Assembly (NCBI GenBank): GCA_963754655.1
Contig: CAVWGN010000001.1
Location: 2,112,001 to 2,176,000 of the forward strand
Length of the DNA stretch: 64,000 nucleotides
Source of the DNA: an uncultured Chlamydiae bacterium
GTDB lineage: Bacteria; Chlamydiota; Chlamydiia; Chlamydiales; Parachlamydiaceae
Direction of reading: 5' to 3'
A program made the position numbers and the translations under genes. Shown here one piece after another: positions 1-10,536 of the stretch. Positions within the stretch are counted from its first letter, which is position 1; every line of letters starts with the position of its first letter. A model generated the notes under the pieces. The model was not told the origin of the DNA. It searched no databases and worked only from the letters and a program-made list of their open reading frames with translations.

Positions 1-729
1 ACTTGGCAAACCGACCCGAATGCATTTTTTTAAAAGCGCTGGATTCCATTTCCATTCACTTGTCCCGAATGCTTCGCGATTCGAGCGTTTAAAGAAAGCA
101 CAAGATAAAATGAGGACTTGCCCAATGACCGCAGTATTAGTTGCAATGGCTGCTCCTGTCACTCCCCATGCTGGAAAAACCCCTTCCCATCCAAATACAA
201 AAAGATAACATAAAATACTATTGATGATGTTTCCTATCACCACTGCAACGGTTGTAATGATTGTTTTTCCTTGTCCAATGAAAAAGCCACATAAAGCGGT
301 GAATAAGCCATGGCTAGGCCCAAACAGTAGCATCCAGAAAAAATAGGCGCGCTGCATTTCGAAAGATTCATCTGTTCCAAAAAAAATCGTGGGTCCCCAT
401 AAGGCAATTGGACAAAAAATTAAAACAGACAAGAGGCCTAACCATATCATTTGCCAGACAGGATGCCCTAAAAGATGCCGCTGCCCTGCACCATTATTTT
501 GCGCAACAAAGATTTGCGTCACACTAGCTAAGGAACTCCAGCCAACCAGAAAGACCCAGCCTAAATTGGTGGCTTCTACAGCTGCGTTATGTGCCTCTAA
601 GGTAAAACGCGCTAAAACCAAGCGGTCAACAAATAACATGGCCATGCCAGAAAGCGAACTCATAATCAATGGAAGTGCAATTATCCATAACTGCCGTACA
701 CTTCCTTCAGCATAACGATTCAATGTCAT
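1..729 (-). CDS. MATE family efflux transporter (runs off the left edge of the window)
   Basis: Manual translation from ATG at 729: MTLNRYAEGSVRQLWIIALPLIMSSLSGMAMLFVDRLVLARFTLEAHNAAVEA...IFVAQNNGAGQ, a typical MATE N-terminus. Absent from the ORF track because it is truncated. Confidence 0.85.
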   Translation of the reverse strand, partial: MTLNRYAEGSVRQLWIIALPLIMSSLSGMAMLFVDRLVLARFTLEAHNAAVEATNLGWVFLVGWSSLASVTQIFVAQNNGAGQRHLLGHPVWQMIWLGLLSVLIFCPIALWGPTIFFGTDESFEMQRAYFFWMLLFGPSHGLFTALCGFFIGQGKTIITTVAVVIGNIINSILCYLFVFGWEGVFPAWGVTGAAIATNTAVIGQVLILSCAFFKRSNREAFGTSEWKWNPALLKKCIRVGLPS

Positions 730-861
730 TTTAACCCCATTTAATATAGTTATTAATATTAATTTCCTATGCTAATTTTATTATATTTTATTATTAAAAT
801 CAATAAATTATTTAACAAATATGTTACACCTAGATAAAATCAAAATTAGAAATATTGGCTT

Positions 862-2163
862 TCACTTCAGGATAAGTTTATTTCTTATAAGTTCTTTATC
901 TGATAACCCACTTAATAATCGGATTAAGATAGGCGCAGCAATTAAAGCATTGATAATAGAGAAGGCAACAAGGGTGAAAAAGAGCTGGTTGCCAATTAAT
1001 CCAACTTTATAAGCAATAGATGTCATTAAAATCTCCATAGACCCCCGAGTATTTAATCCATTAGCGATGATAAAAGATTGCCGGAGCGAGTATCCGCTGA
1101 TTAAAGCCCCTAGGGAAGCGCCTATTAGTTTAATTAAGGAGCCAAAGATGAAGATGGCGATAACCATTAGAATATTTAGCTCTTGCATTAGATTAATTTT
1201 TAACCCAATGGAAATAAAAAAGAAAGGAGCAAAAAAATTCATAATAAATAATTCTAATTGATCAAGAATTTGGCTTTGCTCACCGATGATTCTTTTACAA
1301 AAAATTCCAGCAGAAAAAGCTCCTAGGCTGGGATGAATATGAATTGCATTTGTAAATGCAGCACAAAGCAAGCAAACACCGAATAAGGAGGAAATATCAT
1401 ATGAAATCTTATGCTTAGAGCTATTTGACTGAGCAAATAGTTTTCCTAGCCATTTTTTATTGTTTGAAATCAAAAATATCACAATAAAGAAAAAGATAAG
1501 ATAAACAATTGTATAGAGAATTTGCATGCTTTCAATAGCTGTATTTGCATAGATTAATATAGAAGAGAAGGCTAACCATCCTACAATATCTGTTACCATA
1601 GCTGTGCCAATAATTGTAGTCCCTAGTTTCGTATCTAATATGTTGTTATCCATTAAGATTCTGACAATGATTGTGAGTGCTGAAATGGAAATAATCAGGC
1701 CGAAAGTTAAAGGAAAAACGAGCGGTGCACTAGGGTATTCAATTCCATGAAGAAAATCAAAAAACTGCCAGGCAAACCAAAACCCTGCTACGAAAGGAAA
1801 TAAAATTGCGAAAATGCTGGTAATAAAAATTGAAGCTTTTTCTTTCATAAGTAAATTCAGATTCGTCTTCATTCCAGCTAAAAAAAGCAACATGACGACT
1901 GAAAGCTGAAAAAGTGTCTCATAAGCATTTAACAATTCGCTATCCTTAGGAAAAAAAACAGCATGTAGCTGAGGGATTGCGAACCCTAAAACTGAAGGAC
2001 CTAATAAGATTCCTGCCACTATTTCACAAATTAGAATTGGAATATGATGATGTCTTCCAAACTTCGATAGCAAGCGCGCTAATATTAACATGAAGCCGAT
2101 AACAGTAAGAAAAACTGTAATATCTTGAGAAGATAAGGGATACATTATACCTAATTTAGTCAT
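862..2163 (-). CDS. Cation:proton antiporter (CPA2/Kef-type membrane domain)
   Basis: 433 aa, highly hydrophobic; motifs EIVAGILLGPS, D(I)VGW, FFISIGL, GLNTRGSME. Confidence 0.85.
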   Translation of the reverse strand: MTKLGIMYPLSSQDITVFLTVIGFMLILARLLSKFGRHHHIPILICEIVAGILLGPSVLGFAIPQLHAVFFPKDSELLNAYETLFQLSVVMLLFLAGMKTNLNLLMKEKASIFITSIFAILFPFVAGFWFAWQFFDFLHGIEYPSAPLVFPLTFGLIISISALTIIVRILMDNNILDTKLGTTIIGTAMVTDIVGWLAFSSILIYANTAIESMQILYTIVYLIFFFIVIFLISNNKKWLGKLFAQSNSSKHKISYDISSLFGVCLLCAAFTNAIHIHPSLGAFSAGIFCKRIIGEQSQILDQLELFIMNFFAPFFFISIGLKINLMQELNILMVIAIFIFGSLIKLIGASLGALISGYSLRQSFIIANGLNTRGSMEILMTSIAYKVGLIGNQLFFTLVAFSIINALIAAPILIRLLSGLSDKELIRNKLILK

Positions 2164-2317
2164 TAATAAGTTCGTGAAAAGACAGTTATTTTCACCTTAA
2201 ATTTTTTAATCAAAAAAATCACTTTAAATTAAATCTTGCGTCATTAACAGCCGTCCAGATTTGAGTTGTCAACTGGAATTTCTTCGCACCTATTGTTTAA
2301 TTACCGTATATTTTTGG

Positions 2318-2346
2318 TAGGACGCTGGCATTTTTAAGACACGCCC
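2318..2346. repeat. Dispersed ~29-bp repeat (MITE-end-like remnant)
   Basis: TAGGACGCTGGCATTTTTAAGACACGCCC closely matches TAGGACGCTAGCATTTTGCAAACACGCCC at 16922-16950. Confidence 0.55.
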
Positions 2347-2410
2347 AGTACGCTGTCACATGAGTTTACAATCAGATGAATTTTAGGAAAAAGAAGAAGG
2401 AAGGATCAAA

Positions 2411-4930
2411 ATGGATGCTTTTGATTTAAGACAATGGGATGGATTTGCCGGTGCCGGTGGATCCTTAATAGAACCTGCAATCATTGATCAAATTGTCATT
2501 GATTCTCGACGCATTGATTCTCCTCACGCTGTTTTTGTTGCATTGAAAGGGGCAAAAGAAGATGGACATGCGTATGTGGAACAGGCAGCTCAAGCTGGAG
2601 CCAAATTTGCACTAGTCTCGCAAGAATGGCAATCTCCTTCAAGATTGCCTGAATTAACTTTATTGCGTGTCCCAGATCCTCTTCAGTCCTTTCAAGCAAT
2701 TGTCAAAACATATCGCCTACAGCTTCCAACTAAAATTATTGGTGTTACAGGATCATTCGGCAAGACAATGGTCAAAGATTTACTTTATGCATTATTGGGA
2801 ACAGAGAAGCGTATTGCCGCTTCGCCCGAAAGCTTTAATAGCCAAATAGGAGTCGCCCTTAGCTTGCTAACTTTACACCGACAACATGAGATTGCCATCA
2901 TTGAAGCAGCCATTTCACATCGAAATGAAATGGATGCTCTTGTCGATATGATTCAACCGACTTATACTTTATTGACGCCTATAGGCAAGAAGCATCTTGC
3001 TACACTACAAGATCTTTCTATACTTTCTGAAGAAATCATGAAACTCATCAAGTCAACTCCTTCGCAAGGTTGGGCACTGTTATCGCGTGATATAGAGGTA
3101 GAAAAGCATTTAACTCAACTGAATTGTCCCTTTTTCTTTTGGAATGACACCTACCAACAATTACCGCATGCAGCCGCTTTATCCACAGCTCCATTGTCTC
3201 AATATCAAATTTCTTTTCCCGATTCTACCACGTATCAAGATGAAATGAACATAGGACAAGCCTATTTTATCAATTTGGTCAACATGGCAACTAAGGCTGC
3301 TTGGCTCATGGGCATTTCTTCTTCTCATATTCTTTCAGTGCTCCAAGCGTATCAACCAGAGCCTATGCGCACTGAAATTTGGAAATCGCCAGTTGGAACA
3401 ATTTTCATTAATGATACTTATTGTTCAGATCCTCAATCAGTCGACCATACTTTAAAACTTTTTGAATTTGCCTCAAATGAAAACCGGAAGATTTTCGTTT
3501 TTGGCGGCATGCGCGGCCAGCTTTTATCATCGACTACAGATTACAAAAGAATCGGCAAAGCCCTTGCAAAATCACATATCAATCATTTATTTTTAGTCGG
3601 ACAAAAGCCTTTTAAACCACTCATTGAAGAAATTCAACATTTATCTCCTGAAACTGAAATTTTAGCTTTTGATGATTATGAAGAAAATTTTGCTTACTTA
3701 CAACAGCATTTAAAAGCACAAGATCTCGTCATTTTTAAAGGCGAAAACAAATTACCTTTAGACAAGCTAACGGAAATATTTAATGACAGCTTATCCAATA
3801 ATCAATGTATGATCAATTTAGCTGCCATTCAAACAAACTTGGCTTTGATTCGCAATTGTCTTCCAAAAGACAGTCGAATGATGATCATGGTGAAAGCGTT
3901 GGCTTATGGAACAGATGATGTACGGGTATCGAAATTTTTGGCAAAGAACGGAATCGATATTCTTGGAGTCTCCTATGTAGATGAAGGAATCGCTCTGAAA
4001 AGAGCCGGAGTCCATCAGGCTATTTTTTCAATTAATGTTGCTCCTTATGAAGTGGCTAAAGTCGTTAAATGGGAATTGGAGGTCGGTGTTAGCAATCACA
4101 CCTTAATTAAGGCCCTAGCGCAAGAAGCGAGCCATCATCAGAAAGTCATTAAAGTCCATTTGCATATTAATACAGGCATGGGAAGATTTGGATGTCGTCC
4201 AGAAGAAGCTATTGAATTAGCACGCCAAATTCAATCTCTTCCTTCTATTGAGTTAGAGGGAGTCATGACTCATTTTGCCTGTTCAGAAGATCCTCAAGAA
4301 GATGCTTTTACATTGCATCAAATTGAGCTGTTTGATCGAATAATAAAAGAAATGGAGCAAGAAGGGATTTCTGCTAAATGGAAACATGCCGCCAATTCAA
4401 GTGGTTCATTGCGTTTTCACTTACCTCAATATAATATGGTTCGTTTGGGACTTGCCGTATATGGTCTTTATGGATCAGAAGCGGTAAGAAAAACGCTCGA
4501 TCTTAAATTAGCTATTTCTTTAACCTCACGCATTGTGGGCATCAATATTTGTAAGCAAGGGGAAACCATTAGTTACGGGCGCAAATACCAAGTTAAACGA
4601 GAAACTCAAAAAATTGCTGTCCTTCCTATTGGTTATTTTGACGGACTTCACCGCCATTACAGTGGAAAAGCACACGTTCTCATTCGAGGTCAGAAAGCTC
4701 CTATGGTAGGCAATATCTGTATGGATAATATGATGGTGGATATCACAGATATTCCGAATGTTGAAGTAGGAGATAAGGTTCTCATTTTTGGAGAAGATGA
4801 ATATGGTTATTATCTTTCACCTGAAGAATTAGCCATGAGTGGAGATTCCATCGTTCATGAACTCATGACTTGCTTAGGTCCTCGCATTCCACGCATTTTT
4901 ATCTATGAAGAAGGAAAGCAAATTCGTTAA
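2411..4930 (+). CDS. alr: Bifunctional MurF-like ligase / alanine racemase fusion
   Basis: N-terminal Mur ligase motifs (IDSRRI, GVTGSFGKT, FNSQIGV); C-terminal Alr motifs (MVKALAYG with PLP lysine, HINTGMGRFG, ISYGRKY, GNICMD). Confidence 0.92.
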   Translation: MDAFDLRQWDGFAGAGGSLIEPAIIDQIVIDSRRIDSPHAVFVALKGAKEDGHAYVEQAAQAGAKFALVSQEWQSPSRLPELTLLRVPDPLQSFQAIVKTYRLQLPTKIIGVTGSFGKTMVKDLLYALLGTEKRIAASPESFNSQIGVALSLLTLHRQHEIAIIEAAISHRNEMDALVDMIQPTYTLLTPIGKKHLATLQDLSILSEEIMKLIKSTPSQGWALLSRDIEVEKHLTQLNCPFFFWNDTYQQLPHAAALSTAPLSQYQISFPDSTTYQDEMNIGQAYFINLVNMATKAAWLMGISSSHILSVLQAYQPEPMRTEIWKSPVGTIFINDTYCSDPQSVDHTLKLFEFASNENRKIFVFGGMRGQLLSSTTDYKRIGKALAKSHINHLFLVGQKPFKPLIEEIQHLSPETEILAFDDYEENFAYLQQHLKAQDLVIFKGENKLPLDKLTEIFNDSLSNNQCMINLAAIQTNLALIRNCLPKDSRMMIMVKALAYGTDDVRVSKFLAKNGIDILGVSYVDEGIALKRAGVHQAIFSINVAPYEVAKVVKWELEVGVSNHTLIKALAQEASHHQKVIKVHLHINTGMGRFGCRPEEAIELARQIQSLPSIELEGVMTHFACSEDPQEDAFTLHQIELFDRIIKEMEQEGISAKWKHAANSSGSLRFHLPQYNMVRLGLAVYGLYGSEAVRKTLDLKLAISLTSRIVGINICKQGETISYGRKYQVKRETQKIAVLPIGYFDGLHRHYSGKAHVLIRGQKAPMVGNICMDNMMVDITDIPNVEVGDKVLIFGEDEYGYYLSPEELAMSGDSIVHELMTCLGPRIPRIFIYEEGKQIR

Positions 4931-4943
4931 CTAAGGATATTCA

Positions 4944-6470
4944 ATGAAAATAATAGAAAAAGACTATCAAAAAGTTTTTGAACTCTCTAAACATGCGCGC
5001 ATTTTGCAAGGCATTGTTTCAATTTTAGATTGGGATCAGGAGACTTATATGCCCTCAGGCAGCGCAGGCATTCGAGCTGAGCAGCTTGAAACAATGGCCG
5101 GTATCATTCATCGTGAAAAAACAAGCCGCAAATTTGCAAATGCTTTATCCAAGCTGATTGATATTCAAACAGGAAAAATTAAAACCAACACCCTTTCTTC
5201 TCAACAAATGGCCTCTCTTAGAGAATGGAGGCGCGACTATCTGCATGATACAGCCCTGCCGTCAAAATTTGTCGAAGAATTGGCTAAGGTGACATCTCAA
5301 GCGATCATAGCCTGGCGTACAGCTAAAAAAGATAACGCCTTTCAACAATTTGCTCCCTACCTCGATCGCATTGTACAATTGAACCGTAAAAAGGCCGACC
5401 TATTAGGTTATCAAGATCATCCCTATGATGCTTTGCTCGATCAGTATGAACCCGATGTTAAAACACATGAAGTCAGCGCTCTTTTCTTAAAACTCCGTAC
5501 ACAATTAACACCTCTAATCCAAAAAATGGCTCAACAGCCAGTCGACGATCAATTTTTATATGGCAATTGGGATCAAGCTAAGCAAATGGCCTTTAGCCAA
5601 AAACTTTTAGCCACCATGGGCTACGATAACAATAAAGGAAGGGTGGATTTTTCAGCTCATCCCTTTTCTTCTGCTAGTCATCCAACAGACAGCCGTATCA
5701 CAACACGGATTCATCCAGAATCATTGATGAGCAATATTTTTGCCATTCTTCACGAAGCCGGGCATGCTCTGTATGAAATGGGATTGCCGCAAAATGACTA
5801 TGGATCACCCTTAGGAGATTCTCGCTCGCTTGGCGTGCATGAAAGTCAATCACGTTGGTGGGAAACACGCATTGGCTTAAGCAAACCATTTTGGCAATAT
5901 TTCTTTCCGTTGCTCAAAGAAACTTTTAGAGGCCAATTGGATCAGATTACATTAGACGTTTTTTATCGCGCCATCAATAAAGTCGAGCCCTCTTTTATTC
6001 GCATTGAAGCAGATGAAGTCACTTATCCTTTGCATATCATTTTGCGCTTTGAATTGGAAAAAGGACTTATAGAAGGATCTTTGAACGTGCGCGATATACC
6101 CGAGGCTTGGAATGCCAAAATGAAAGAATACTTGGGACTGATTCCAAGCACTAATGCAGAGGGATGTTTACAAGATATTCATTGGTCTATGGGAGCGTTT
6201 GGATATTTCCCCACTTATACTTTGGGAAACTTATATGCCGCTCACCTTTTTGAAGCCTTTGTCAAAGATCATCCTGATTGGGAAAAACAAGTTGCAGCAG
6301 GTCAGTTGGGATTCATTAAACTTTGGTTGCATGAAAAAATTTATCAACATGGAAAGCACTATACGACTCAAGAATTGCTTACCCAGGCTACTGGCAAGAA
6401 TTTTTCTGCCGATCCTTATTTGCATTATCTAAAAAAGAAATATTCTTCGTTATATGAATTCACAATGTGA
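4944..6470 (+). CDS. Carboxypeptidase, M32 (Taq) family
   Basis: LDWDQETYMP, HPF, HEAGHALYE, HESQS, IRIEADE, GCLQDIHW, GYFPTYTLG motifs. Confidence 0.95.
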   Translation: MKIIEKDYQKVFELSKHARILQGIVSILDWDQETYMPSGSAGIRAEQLETMAGIIHREKTSRKFANALSKLIDIQTGKIKTNTLSSQQMASLREWRRDYLHDTALPSKFVEELAKVTSQAIIAWRTAKKDNAFQQFAPYLDRIVQLNRKKADLLGYQDHPYDALLDQYEPDVKTHEVSALFLKLRTQLTPLIQKMAQQPVDDQFLYGNWDQAKQMAFSQKLLATMGYDNNKGRVDFSAHPFSSASHPTDSRITTRIHPESLMSNIFAILHEAGHALYEMGLPQNDYGSPLGDSRSLGVHESQSRWWETRIGLSKPFWQYFFPLLKETFRGQLDQITLDVFYRAINKVEPSFIRIEADEVTYPLHIILRFELEKGLIEGSLNVRDIPEAWNAKMKEYLGLIPSTNAEGCLQDIHWSMGAFGYFPTYTLGNLYAAHLFEAFVKDHPDWEKQVAAGQLGFIKLWLHEKIYQHGKHYTTQELLTQATGKNFSADPYLHYLKKKYSSLYEFTM

Positions 6471-6489
6471 GTCCTATGAAGGAAGAAGA

Positions 6490-6533
6490 ACAAGACCCGG
6501 CCCCGAATCGCAGGTACCGGGTCTTTGTTTTTT
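6490..6533. terminator. Probable intrinsic terminator between convergent genes
   Basis: AAGACCCGG...CCGGGTCTT stem followed by a T tract on the + strand. Confidence 0.6.
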
Positions 6534-6544
6534 AAATTCAGATT

Positions 6545-8761
6545 TTATCGAGGAAGAAGAATTTGAGATTGCAAAATAGAGGTTTTAAAGAGGTTAATAA
6601 ATCCTTCTCTTATAATCTTTGTCAGGTTCTCCGCTCCAAATTCATAACGTGCATTCTCGATGACTTTCAAAGCGCTAAGCATGCGGTTAAAACGCTCTGG
6701 CAACATAACGCGCTCTCTGATCAATAAGGCAGGGGCATATAGGATGAAATTGAAGTGTAGCCAATCTGTGTTGCTCCACTCGCTATTATTGATTAACTTC
6801 ATGAAAGCAAATATTCCTGCGCTATAAGCTTCACCAATATCAATGCTGTCTTTGCAAGTCAAGCTAACGCTATCACACTTTGTCCACTCAATTAATTTTA
6901 ACTGAAGAAACCAATAGAAAATTTCTATAAAATCCAAGCGGCTTTCTCTCATTATGACATTCTTCGAAGAGAAAAAGATTCGATGAATGGCTTCAAAAGC
7001 TCCATCAATAAATGTGGACAAATCCTTTCTTTTAATAGCAGGAGGAAAAAAATAACCTGCATTCTCATCTAATAGCAATTCTTTGAATTGCTCCTTAAAA
7101 AGGTGCGCATGGTTGACTTGATGATAAGGGATTAACTGATGATAGAAATCGGTATCTGTTGCCAAGGTCACCACATTGATGGCGTTCTCTATTTCAATCT
7201 GTTGCTGTAGCTCTTCAAGCACAGCACAGCGAATATGTTCGCGCCAAGCAGTGCGGTCTTGCAAATTGATCAATAAGTGTTTGCGTGGAACAGTGCCTTT
7301 GGCGTAAGAGTGTAGAAATGCCTTAAATTCATTATTAACAACCGCTTTGTTAATAAACTCCTGGTAAATAGGTGTGGGCATACGTAAAAAGGCATAATGC
7401 TTATCCTGAGCATAAATGTCATATAATTGATTGGGAATATTGTGCTGCAAAATAGGATCAAAAACGTAATAGGTATCTTCTTCCAATATTTCGAGTACTT
7501 TAAAAAGTGGACCATTAGGATGATGCGTAAGCAATGTGGACATAGCAGCATACTCTTCAGCTATTTTACTCCCTATTTTTTTAGAAGCTTGTATCTCTTC
7601 TATATGCTTGCGAGAAACCAAAGACATAGACTGTTGTATTAAGTCATTGACAATGGATGTCATGTCCTGTAAGCCCTTGAGATGCGAATATAAGGCTCGA
7701 CAAATAGTATGAATAATATCCATTAAATCAATAGCCAATTGATTACCTTCTTTAGGAGGATAAGCCATCCATTTCTGATAAATACTTGTTTGAAAAGCCT
7801 CCCGCAAAAATCCTTGAAAATCCTCAAAATATTCAGTACAAGTTTTGACAGGGTGATGACGCAAAAGATTTTGAGCATGCGAGCTCAACATTAAAGCCAA
7901 CAAAGCTTTATTGATTAACTTAACTAATTCATGATCTTTAAATTTACGGGTTTCATTAAGAAACTTATCTAAACTTGATCCTAGAGCCTTAATAATTTCT
8001 CTGGCACTCGTGTGAATTGTGCGATCATACCATTGCTTAATATTTTCTAAAGGATCAAGCTCCTTTCTCTCTCCAAAATAGCTACCAAAGTCGCAAACTA
8101 ACTTAATATTGCGTAACAAGCGAGGGCTGAAGAAACGAGATCCATCTTCTTTGCGAATAAAGAACAGCTCATACTCGATATCTTTTTTAACCGTTTCAAG
8201 ATCAATAAATACATGCTTTGTATTTGTCAATTTATCAGTCTTCTGGGTCGCAGCTTTAAATGTAATTTCTTGCCCCGCTCTTTCTTTGCCTAAAGTCAAT
8301 CCTAAAATCCATTTATTAATGACCCCTTCTTCAACTTTACGTGCAATTTTGGTGTGATAAAATTCTTGCAATTGCTTGTATTCTTTTAAATCAGTTACGC
8401 TTTGCGTTTGATGAAAAATTTGCGTATATTTATCAAGCTTTTTAGCTGCTTCTCCAACCAAAACCATGATCGTCTTGATGCCTTCAAGAGTTTTTGTGTC
8501 GGTGACTTGCCCATATTCTTTTCTATAAAATTGCCTAAGGTAATGTAAAATGACTCGAAATGTTTCACGAACTAAACTGACAGTTGACACTGCATCTTTT
8601 TGGTGCAACCAATGAACGGTTCGATAAGCAATTTTTTCATTGCTAAGAACAATTTCATGCTTCTGCGCAATGCCAATTTCACGATCAAACTCTAAATCAG
8701 CAATGCTAGATAATGTTTCAACTGCTTCAACAATAGATAAAGTCTGAGATCGGGCAGCCAT
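6545..8761 (-). CDS. Large hypothetical protein (~738 aa)
   Basis: Long open frame. Start placed at MAARSQ (8761) behind a GGGGG SD-like run; the ORF track extends it to 8818. No family recognised with certainty. Confidence 0.8.
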   Translation of the reverse strand: MAARSQTLSIVEAVETLSSIADLEFDREIGIAQKHEIVLSNEKIAYRTVHWLHQKDAVSTVSLVRETFRVILHYLRQFYRKEYGQVTDTKTLEGIKTIMVLVGEAAKKLDKYTQIFHQTQSVTDLKEYKQLQEFYHTKIARKVEEGVINKWILGLTLGKERAGQEITFKAATQKTDKLTNTKHVFIDLETVKKDIEYELFFIRKEDGSRFFSPRLLRNIKLVCDFGSYFGERKELDPLENIKQWYDRTIHTSAREIIKALGSSLDKFLNETRKFKDHELVKLINKALLALMLSSHAQNLLRHHPVKTCTEYFEDFQGFLREAFQTSIYQKWMAYPPKEGNQLAIDLMDIIHTICRALYSHLKGLQDMTSIVNDLIQQSMSLVSRKHIEEIQASKKIGSKIAEEYAAMSTLLTHHPNGPLFKVLEILEEDTYYVFDPILQHNIPNQLYDIYAQDKHYAFLRMPTPIYQEFINKAVVNNEFKAFLHSYAKGTVPRKHLLINLQDRTAWREHIRCAVLEELQQQIEIENAINVVTLATDTDFYHQLIPYHQVNHAHLFKEQFKELLLDENAGYFFPPAIKRKDLSTFIDGAFEAIHRIFFSSKNVIMRESRLDFIEIFYWFLQLKLIEWTKCDSVSLTCKDSIDIGEAYSAGIFAFMKLINNSEWSNTDWLHFNFILYAPALLIRERVMLPERFNRMLSALKVIENARYEFGAENLTKIIREGFINLFKTSILQSQILLPR

Positions 8762-8962
8762 AAATGGACCCCCTATTAAATTCGAATAAGTTTCTAACTT
8801 AATTATGACATAATTCAATTTTTAATTAAATTATAAATTAAGCTATTCTCATAAACCACTCTAATTTAAATACAAATAAAAAATTTAAAAAAAATAATTT
8901 TAACATAAAAGATTATTTTTAAGTTGAAAGAGATCATGAAATCAAAGGATTTTTAAAGCAGG

Positions 8963-9502
8963 GTGTTTCGACTAAAAAAAAATTGACACTTGCAGCCCTT
9001 TAGGCTGCTGCATGACACAACTCATTCAACCCCAGGGCGTTGCTCCATACGCATCAAGCTAAGAGAAAAGCGTAGGCTACGCGACGCCTTCAGTCGCCGC
9101 GCCGCTTCGCTCTGGGCTCTTAGGTAAGAGGGGGGGTGAGGACCACCGTTCGGTCGCCCTCCGGGCTCGGTCACGGTGGGCTATTACCAGTCGTCCTACG
9201 GACTCTAGCGGCAATATAGAAGCCATTGAATGCTATTTAAGGCGTTCTGCTAATGCCGCTAGAGTCTGTAGAACGACTGGTAATAGCCCACCGTGACCGA
9301 GCCCGGAGGGCGACCGAACGGTGGTCCTCACCCCCCCCCTCTTACCTAAGAGCCCAGAGCGAAGCGGCGCGGCGACTGAAGGCGTCGCGTAGCCTACGCT
9401 CTTCTCTTAGCTTAATGCGTATGGATCAACGCCCTGGGGTTGAGTAGGTTGTGTCATGCAGCCTGAAGGACCACAAGTGTCAAATTTTTTTAGTCAAAAC
9501 AC
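8963..9502. repeat. ~540-bp composite foldback (REP/REPIN- or MITE-like) element
   Basis: Left arm ~8963-9212 is a near-perfect reverse complement of ~9255-9502 around a ~40-nt loop; GC-rich, with internal small hairpins. Confidence 0.9.
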
Positions 9503-9573
9503 TTTGATTTTTAAGGTTAGGTTGTAGATATATTCTTAAGGTTTAAAAAAAATTCATCGGTCTAATAAAGCTA

Positions 9574-9603
9574 TTGACCTAATTAAGAGAAATGACGTAT
9601 AAC
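9574..9603 (+). promoter_or_regulatory. Sigma70/66-type promoter for tRNA-Ser
   Basis: TTGACC-N18-TATAAC about 46 nt upstream of the tRNA. Confidence 0.6.
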
Positions 9604-9649
9604 TCATCTTACTTTTACATCTTATTGGTGTTTTCCATTAAGATGATGT

Positions 9650-9735
9650 GGAAGAGTGGCAGAGTGGCCGAATGCGTCTGTCTTGAAAACAGAAGTCCCC
9701 TCCGGGGACCGTGGGTTCGAATCCTACCTCTTCCG
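9650..9735 (+). tRNA. tRNA-Ser(TGA)
   Basis: GGAAGAG/CTCTTCC acceptor stem, TCTGT-CTTGAAA-ACAGA anticodon arm, long variable arm, GGTTCGAATCC T-arm. Confidence 0.96.
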
Positions 9736-9975
9736 ACACTTGGGATGATCTGACACTGCAACAAGCTTATCAAACGGCTCACGCAGTGTTATGATCGCCT
9801 TTTTATCCTTCATTTCTAAGTTCGAAAATAAGAAATTCAGGATTTGCCGTTTTTCGTCTACTTTCGAACTTTCATAGATTTTCTTAGCTCGCTTAGCTAA
9901 ATCAAGTACAGTTTTGACTGTAATTAGGCTTGCTTTATCAGCATCTACATGAGTAGTAGCCATCAAAGAAATTAT
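9724..9975 (-). pseudogene. C-terminal relic of a large serine recombinase reading into the tRNA-Ser 3' end
   Basis: LDLAKRAKKIYESSKVDEKRQILNFLFSNLEMKDKK...LREPF resembles the tail of phage/island serine recombinases; its stop codon lies inside the tRNA; a homologous relic sits at 31031-31199. Confidence 0.7.
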
Positions 9976-9984
9976 TTCTTGCTG

Positions 9985-10225
9985 TCGCTTCGATTTTGCT
10001 GGACAAAACAGCTTTAAGAGCGATAAATGGTCTTATCAGAAGATGAGGATTTGGCAATTTGCTCCCTTCCCTAGCTAATTTACCTAATAAAAAATCAGCT
10101 CGTGATAAAGCATTTACTAATTGAGTATTCCAGTTAATCTTAGGTGGCAAGGGATTAGGCATAAAAGCCGTATATCGACTTGGAGATTTTATGATTTGTC
10201 CAGCAGGTGATTTTATAATGTCCAT
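9985..10225 (-). pseudogene. Fic family protein, N-terminal fragment
   Basis: AFMPNPLPP...LSRADFLLGKL...PNPHLLIRPFIAL.AVLSSKIE is the Fic/DOC N-terminal region; it stops before the HPFxxGNGR motif and abuts the recombinase relic. Confidence 0.75.
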
Positions 10226-10403
10226 CTTTTCCTAGTATAGCAATATCTTACTGCCTATTATCGAAATTGTCAATTTTCGATAATAAAGAAGGTTTCTATC
10301 ACCATCTCTGCAAATAAGAACGCACATTATTTATCGAATTTACTTGTCATCGATAATAAGACAACTTCTTAGCATCAACCATGAGAATAAGACCAGAATT
10401 AAG

Positions 10404-10536
10404 CTGCATTTTCTTTATATTGCTTGACGGCGTGCCTAAATGATAGATTAAGCCATTAGTCTCCTAACATTAGCCCAATCCAGACGTGTGTATCGAATAA
10501 TAATTTATGTTTTTTCAAGCTTTTATAGACAGGCAT
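10404..10536 (-). pseudogene. VapC/PIN toxin remnant
   Basis: Manual translation MPVYKSLKKHKLLFDTHVWIGLMLGD* carries the PIN start motif (LLxDTHVWI) and then stops; it overlaps the end of the antitoxin. Confidence 0.6.

Noticed and set aside
20..1261. Short + strand ORFs opposite the MATE and antiporter genes, and similar shadows elsewhere
   Set aside because: Antisense to well-supported genes, with no recognisable motifs.
9253..9447. 64-aa ORF
   Set aside because: Lies wholly within one arm of the GC-rich palindrome.
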